A stretch of DNA of 33,446 nt from the NCBI GenBank assembly GCA_012862495.1, contig BLSG01000208.1, forward strand, positions 1 to 33,446. Reading direction: 5' to 3'. Below, piece by piece: positions 31,101 to 33,446 of the stretch; the first letter of the stretch is position 1; the number at the start of each line of letters is the position of its first letter. A model generated the notes under the pieces. That model was not told where the DNA came from. It worked only from the letters and a program-made list of their open reading frames with translations, and made no database searches. The position numbers were made by a program, and so were the translations under genes. Source of the DNA: Thraustochytrium aureum (Eukaryota).

Positions 31101-33446
31101 GCTGGTACACAGCGCGAGGTAGAGAGGTCACAGACCCCACTGCCACAGTCCCGAGAAGCGGAGCACGCAAGCCCATCTTCGCATGGAACGCAAACCGGGC
31201 CGCCACAGTCGACGTCGGTCTCGGCCCCGCTCTTGCGGCCATCATTGCACTCGCGCGGGATGCAGCGCTGGAGGCGCGCGTCGCAAAAGGTGCTCGAGCA
31301 GTCCCGGTTCTCCTCGCACCGGTGAAGGCCTGTACACGCTGCACAGAGGCGCCCGCCGCAGTCAACGTCGGTCTCATCCCCGTTTTGGAGCCCGTCCGTG
31401 CACGAGAAGGGCATGCAAAGGCCTTTGTCCTCGTTGCAGAGCGAAAAGCAATCTCGGACGGTCAGGCACGCAGAGCCGTCCTCACAAGGTGCGCAGTGCG
31501 GCCCCCCACAGTCCACGTCGGTCTCGTTGGCGTTCAGCACCCCATCGGTGCAAGACTCTGGCACACATTTGGCCAAAGCCGGGTCGCAGTGGCCGCTGGC
31601 GCAGTCGCGACCAACCTGGCAAAAAAGACCGGTCGCGCACGGCGTGCAAGCAGAGCCGCCGCAGTCGACGTCGGTCTCGTTGCCGTTCAGCACGCCGTCT
31701 GTGCAGCTCGCAGGGACGCAGACGCCGGCATCAGGGTCGCACGCCCCGCTGCCGCAGTCGAGAGCCGAGTCGCACGCAGAGCCCAGCTCGCATGGAGCGC
31801 AGTTTTCGCCTCCACAATCCACGTCCGTCTCGTCGCCGTCCTGAGACCCATTCGCGCACGAAACTGGGTAGCAGAGGCCATGTGTGGCGTCGCAAAAGGC
31901 CACGCCCGACAAGCAGTCGCGGTCTACCAGACATTGGTCCCCGACTGAGCACGGCGGGCAAAGTGGCCCTCCGCAGTCCACGTCCGTTTCGTTCCCGCTT
32001 CGCTTTCCGTCCGAGCAGGTGCGGGGCATGCACATTTGGGCTTCGTCGTTGCAAGCCCCGCTCGCGCAGTCGGTGTTCTGGTCGCAGGCAAGGCCGTCGT
32101 CGCAGGGCGAGCAGACAGACCCGCCGCAATCGGTGTCGGTTTCGTTTTGGTCGAGCTTGCCGTTGCGGCACGACCGCGGAAGGCAAACATGAGCTACGTC
32201 GCAGCAGACCTCGGACTCGCAGTCTGCATCCGAGGCACAAACGCGACCGACATCGCACTGGCCGCACAATTCACCCCCACAATCGACATCGGTTTCGAAG
32301 CCATTCAAGACGCCGTCAGAGCACGAGGCGTCCAGGCACGTGCCGAGGTGTGGGTCGCACAAACCGCTGAGGCAATCGGCCGCGGTCTCACAATCTTGGC
32401 CCGCCTGGCATCGTGGGCATACGCGACCGCCGCAGTCGATGTCGGTCTCATTGCCGTTCTGCACGCCGTCAAGGCACGATTTGGGCATGCACAGTCCATT
32501 CTCTGCATTGCATTTGCCGCTGCGGCAGTCGGCGTCGCGGTTGCACTCCGCGGCGTCTTCGCATGGCGGGCAGAGCGGGCCGCCACAGTCAACTGCGGTC
32601 TCGTTGCCATCGAGGACGCCGTTCGCGCAGGCCGCTGCCAAGCAGCGGCCGCTTGCCGAGTCGCACAAGGCGCTATCGCAGTCGCGCCCGGTGTTGCAAA
32701 GCCGGCCGTCCTCGCATGGAAGGCAGTCTGGGCCGCCGCAGTCCACGTCCGTCTCGTTTTGGTCGCGCAGGTGGTTGCGGCATGCGACAGCGAGGCAGAT
32801 GCCGTGCTCCGCGTCACAGGTTGCACTCTGGCAGTCTTGGTCTTCCGCGCAAGTCGAGCGCAGCCCGCAAGGTGGGCAGTACTCGCCGCCGCAGTCGACG
32901 TCGGTTTCCCACTCGCCGCCAAAAGCATCCTTGACCCCGTTCGAGCAGGTCAAGGGCATGCACTTGCCAAAGTCGCCTGCCTCGGCGGAGGGCCCTGGCT
33001 CGCCGCACAGGCCGGAGGAGCAATCTCCGTCGAGTCGGCAAGCCGCGGAGATAGCACACGGCGTGCAGATTGGCCCCCCGCAGTCGACGTCGGTCTCGTT
33101 GCCGTCGAGGACCCCGTTTCGACATGTTGCTGCGAGGCAGCGCCCGCTTTGCGCGTCGCAGAGGCCCGAGAGACAGTCGCTGTCCGCGTCGCAGTTGCGG
33201 CCGTCCGAGCAAGGCGAGCACGTCCCGCCGCCGCAGTCGATGTCTGTCTCGTTGCCGTCGAGCAACCGGTTGCTGCAGGCGCGCGGGAGGCAAACGTTGC
33301 GCACTTCGCAGCAGTGCTCGCTCTCGCAGTCGGTCGCAGATGCGCAAGCGCGAAGGTCGCGGCACCTCGAGCAGACGAGGCCGCCGCAGTCAACGTCGGT
33401 CTCGAGCCCGTTGCGCCGCCCGTCAACACAAGAGGAGTCAAGCATG
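893..33446 (-). CDS. Giant multidomain single-pass membrane adhesion/receptor-like protein (composite model, about 10,800 aa or more, 5'-partial)
   Basis: Five co-oriented minus-strand ORFs (30011-33445, 22711-30042, 15525-23042, 1123-15717, 893-1126) tile the region with no intergenic space. The junctions at ~30028/~29987 and ~15740 are 1-bp deletions inside repeat units that are restored on correction. The other two junctions are N-gaps. Only one clear TM helix is seen, and no signal peptide at any internal ATG. Stop TAA at 893-895. Confidence 0.8.
1534..1839 (-). other. Tandem Tudor/SH3-like barrel domains 2 and 3 (cytoplasmic)
   Basis: VNVGEIVEV....RWVLGRL......TFDVVFDDGSTEHGVLPSRVRP and LPIGTRVLVQY.....FQGWV......YIVGFSDGAEERVPRNWI match the Tudor/Agenet pattern G..V......W/F.G.I.....Y.V.FDDG..E.V....I. 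Confidence 0.75.
1858..2121 (-). other. PDZ domain 1 (cytoplasmic)
   Basis: YEVKLNKRLGLGLELG...VVVTGF...GEAERCGEVQIHDELIRVNG...LEDVFVELERSGDEAALRF has a K-x-x-GLGL loop and the D.LIRVNG motif. Confidence 0.9.
2284..2442 (-). other. Tudor-like domain 1 (cytoplasmic), aromatic-rich
   Basis: LYPSVRVVVYYDYDDSYYSGRILRRNVHDDSYEVLFDDGDEDDAVERSCIRLY. Confidence 0.8.
2965..3033 (-). other. Single transmembrane helix
   Basis: WVFVAVLSSLAMVVVVAALAVFV is 23 uncharged residues followed by KLR (positive-inside rule). It separates the disulfide-rich ectodomain from the PDZ/Tudor tail. Confidence 0.9.
3320..3650 (-). other. SEA-like juxtamembrane module
   Basis: ILEAVLVI...ALANDLSSALGLSDKQVEVVSLAP...ATVLFF...EIENRLRVALSDPTSALRSGEVSRYL resembles the 'DLA.ALG.....V.V..L' and 'DP.S.LR.G' SEA-like modules of protist surface proteins. 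Judged by eye. Confidence 0.55.
3679..3840 (-). other. Thrombospondin type-1 repeat (TSP1)
   Basis: ECRVGEWGPWSLCDRACGPGVERRSRAV......GSCP....TRACNLGPC has canonical WxxWxxC...CG.G...RSR and 6 Cys. Confidence 0.95.
3845..9075 (-). repeat. Membrane-proximal block of 12 Calx-beta/cadherin-like beta-sandwich repeats
   Basis: Recurring G.V....L.V.EG....Y.V.L.S.P...V.V...P..L.F...NW...Q.V.V.A.DD......H...S.D..Y......V.D.D; 12 copies counted by the F..x(N/D)W motif. Confidence 0.85.
9100..11035 (-). other. Polycystin/REJ-associated block: pre-REJ beta domain, REJ C-terminal-like segment, EGF-like domain (9877-9999), helical GAIN-like region, degenerate GPS-like motif (9100-9220)
   Basis: In order: LVSANLTSTGRHLVVTFDRPT...LGPDAACWWLDESRLVVALG; G.GLTSRFEL...W....LQYTF...LPPG....AMDEHGA; EGF CASDADCLGDGVC...CSCAAGFAGARC; an Ala/Leu helical stretch; LEC...GLC.......CACTL....Y. 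Confidence 0.55.
11200..22210 (-). repeat. Distal block of 26 Calx-beta/cadherin-like repeats (spans the 15740 frameshift)
   Basis: Same consensus as the proximal block. 16 complete copies lie in ORF 15525-23042, one straddles the junction, and 9 more lie in ORF 1123-15717. Confidence 0.85.
22330..22620 (-). other. Fibronectin type III-like domain
   Basis: LVVKLALSKPGAVKVYALASGSPAPSLEEIV...VVRLEGLDANAAYDLYFAVLD has the FN3 'GL....Y.L' tyrosine-corner pattern. Confidence 0.6.
24010..29020 (-). repeat. Autotransporter-passenger-like beta-helix region (about 1,600 aa)
   Basis: Continuous Gly/Val/Ala/Ser-rich short repeats of the type N.G.L.V..GG.L...G. The region ends in SGSVTVDGSLVNDGSLRAGS...GVLVVTGNL....IQVDL...LDVQGEVSLSGSVVVSL, which resembles the C-terminal cap of bacterial passenger domains. 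Confidence 0.7.
27148..27450 (-). other. Ubiquitin-like (beta-grasp) domain inserted in the beta-helix
   Basis: VNLDVEF...LTWILPVRACAASTVHDLKSALSE...LRTRWGQVLDATPYQTLAAAGLANGGSVAFSV has the TV.DLK..L, G..L and TL...GL..G..V hallmarks of UBL domains. Confidence 0.6.
29578..29770 (-). other. LNR/Notch-like Cys-Asp module
   Basis: DCDG...CEQHLDDDVCDDG......FNCPAFDCDRGSC resembles the LNR consensus C....GDG.CD..CN...C..DGGDC. Confidence 0.55.
29785..33446 (-). repeat. Array of at least 22 Cys-rich ~51-aa repeats (C.DG..NG.ETDVDCGG..C..C..G..C....DC.SG.C......C)
   Basis: 22 E(T/S/G)xxDC(G/A)G motifs counted, usually 8 Cys per unit. The N-gap at 30549-30765 probably hides about one more unit, and the array runs off the window end. 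Confidence 0.95.

Noticed and set aside
33443..33445. ATG as the true start codon of the giant gene
   Set aside because: It sits at the window edge inside a Cys repeat (C-M-L-D-S-S-C pattern) with no signal peptide, so the gene most likely begins further upstream.
893..33446. Operon of four or five separate genes, or a pseudogene
   Set aside because: Breaks fall inside repeat units or N-gaps, and internal ATGs lack signal peptides. No in-frame nonsense codons occur over ~32 kb once the indels are corrected, and the neighbouring gene has a similar indel. Not fully excluded without reads.

Overview
GC-rich DNA, apparently eukaryotic and without visible introns. A protist such as a stramenopile/labyrinthulomycete is plausible, but that is inference only. 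The draft assembly has three N-gaps (1146-1443, 22794-22995, 30549-30765). About 97% of the window appears to be ONE giant minus-strand gene (>33446 to 893; roughly 10,800 aa or more, 5'-incomplete). It is split into five ORF pieces by two of the gaps and three 1-bp indels, and the protein motifs read through each indel. It encodes a predicted single-pass type I membrane protein. Extracellular part, N to C: at least 22 Cys-rich 'ETDVDCGG' repeats; an LNR/Notch-like module; an autotransporter-like beta-helix with an inserted ubiquitin-like domain; an FN3-like domain; 26 Calx-beta/cadherin-like repeats; a polycystin-like REJ/EGF/GAIN-GPS-like block; 12 more Calx-beta-like repeats; TSP1; and an SEA-like domain. 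After the TM helix, the cytoplasmic tail carries a basic cluster, then Tudor-PDZ-Tudor-Tudor-(gap)-PDZ. At the left edge is the convergent 3' end of a plus-strand gene ending in a TFIIS N-terminal-like (TND/LW) domain, also with a 1-bp homopolymer indel. It is followed by a 3x35-bp hairpin-containing tandem repeat. All domain calls were made by eye from motifs; no database search was run.
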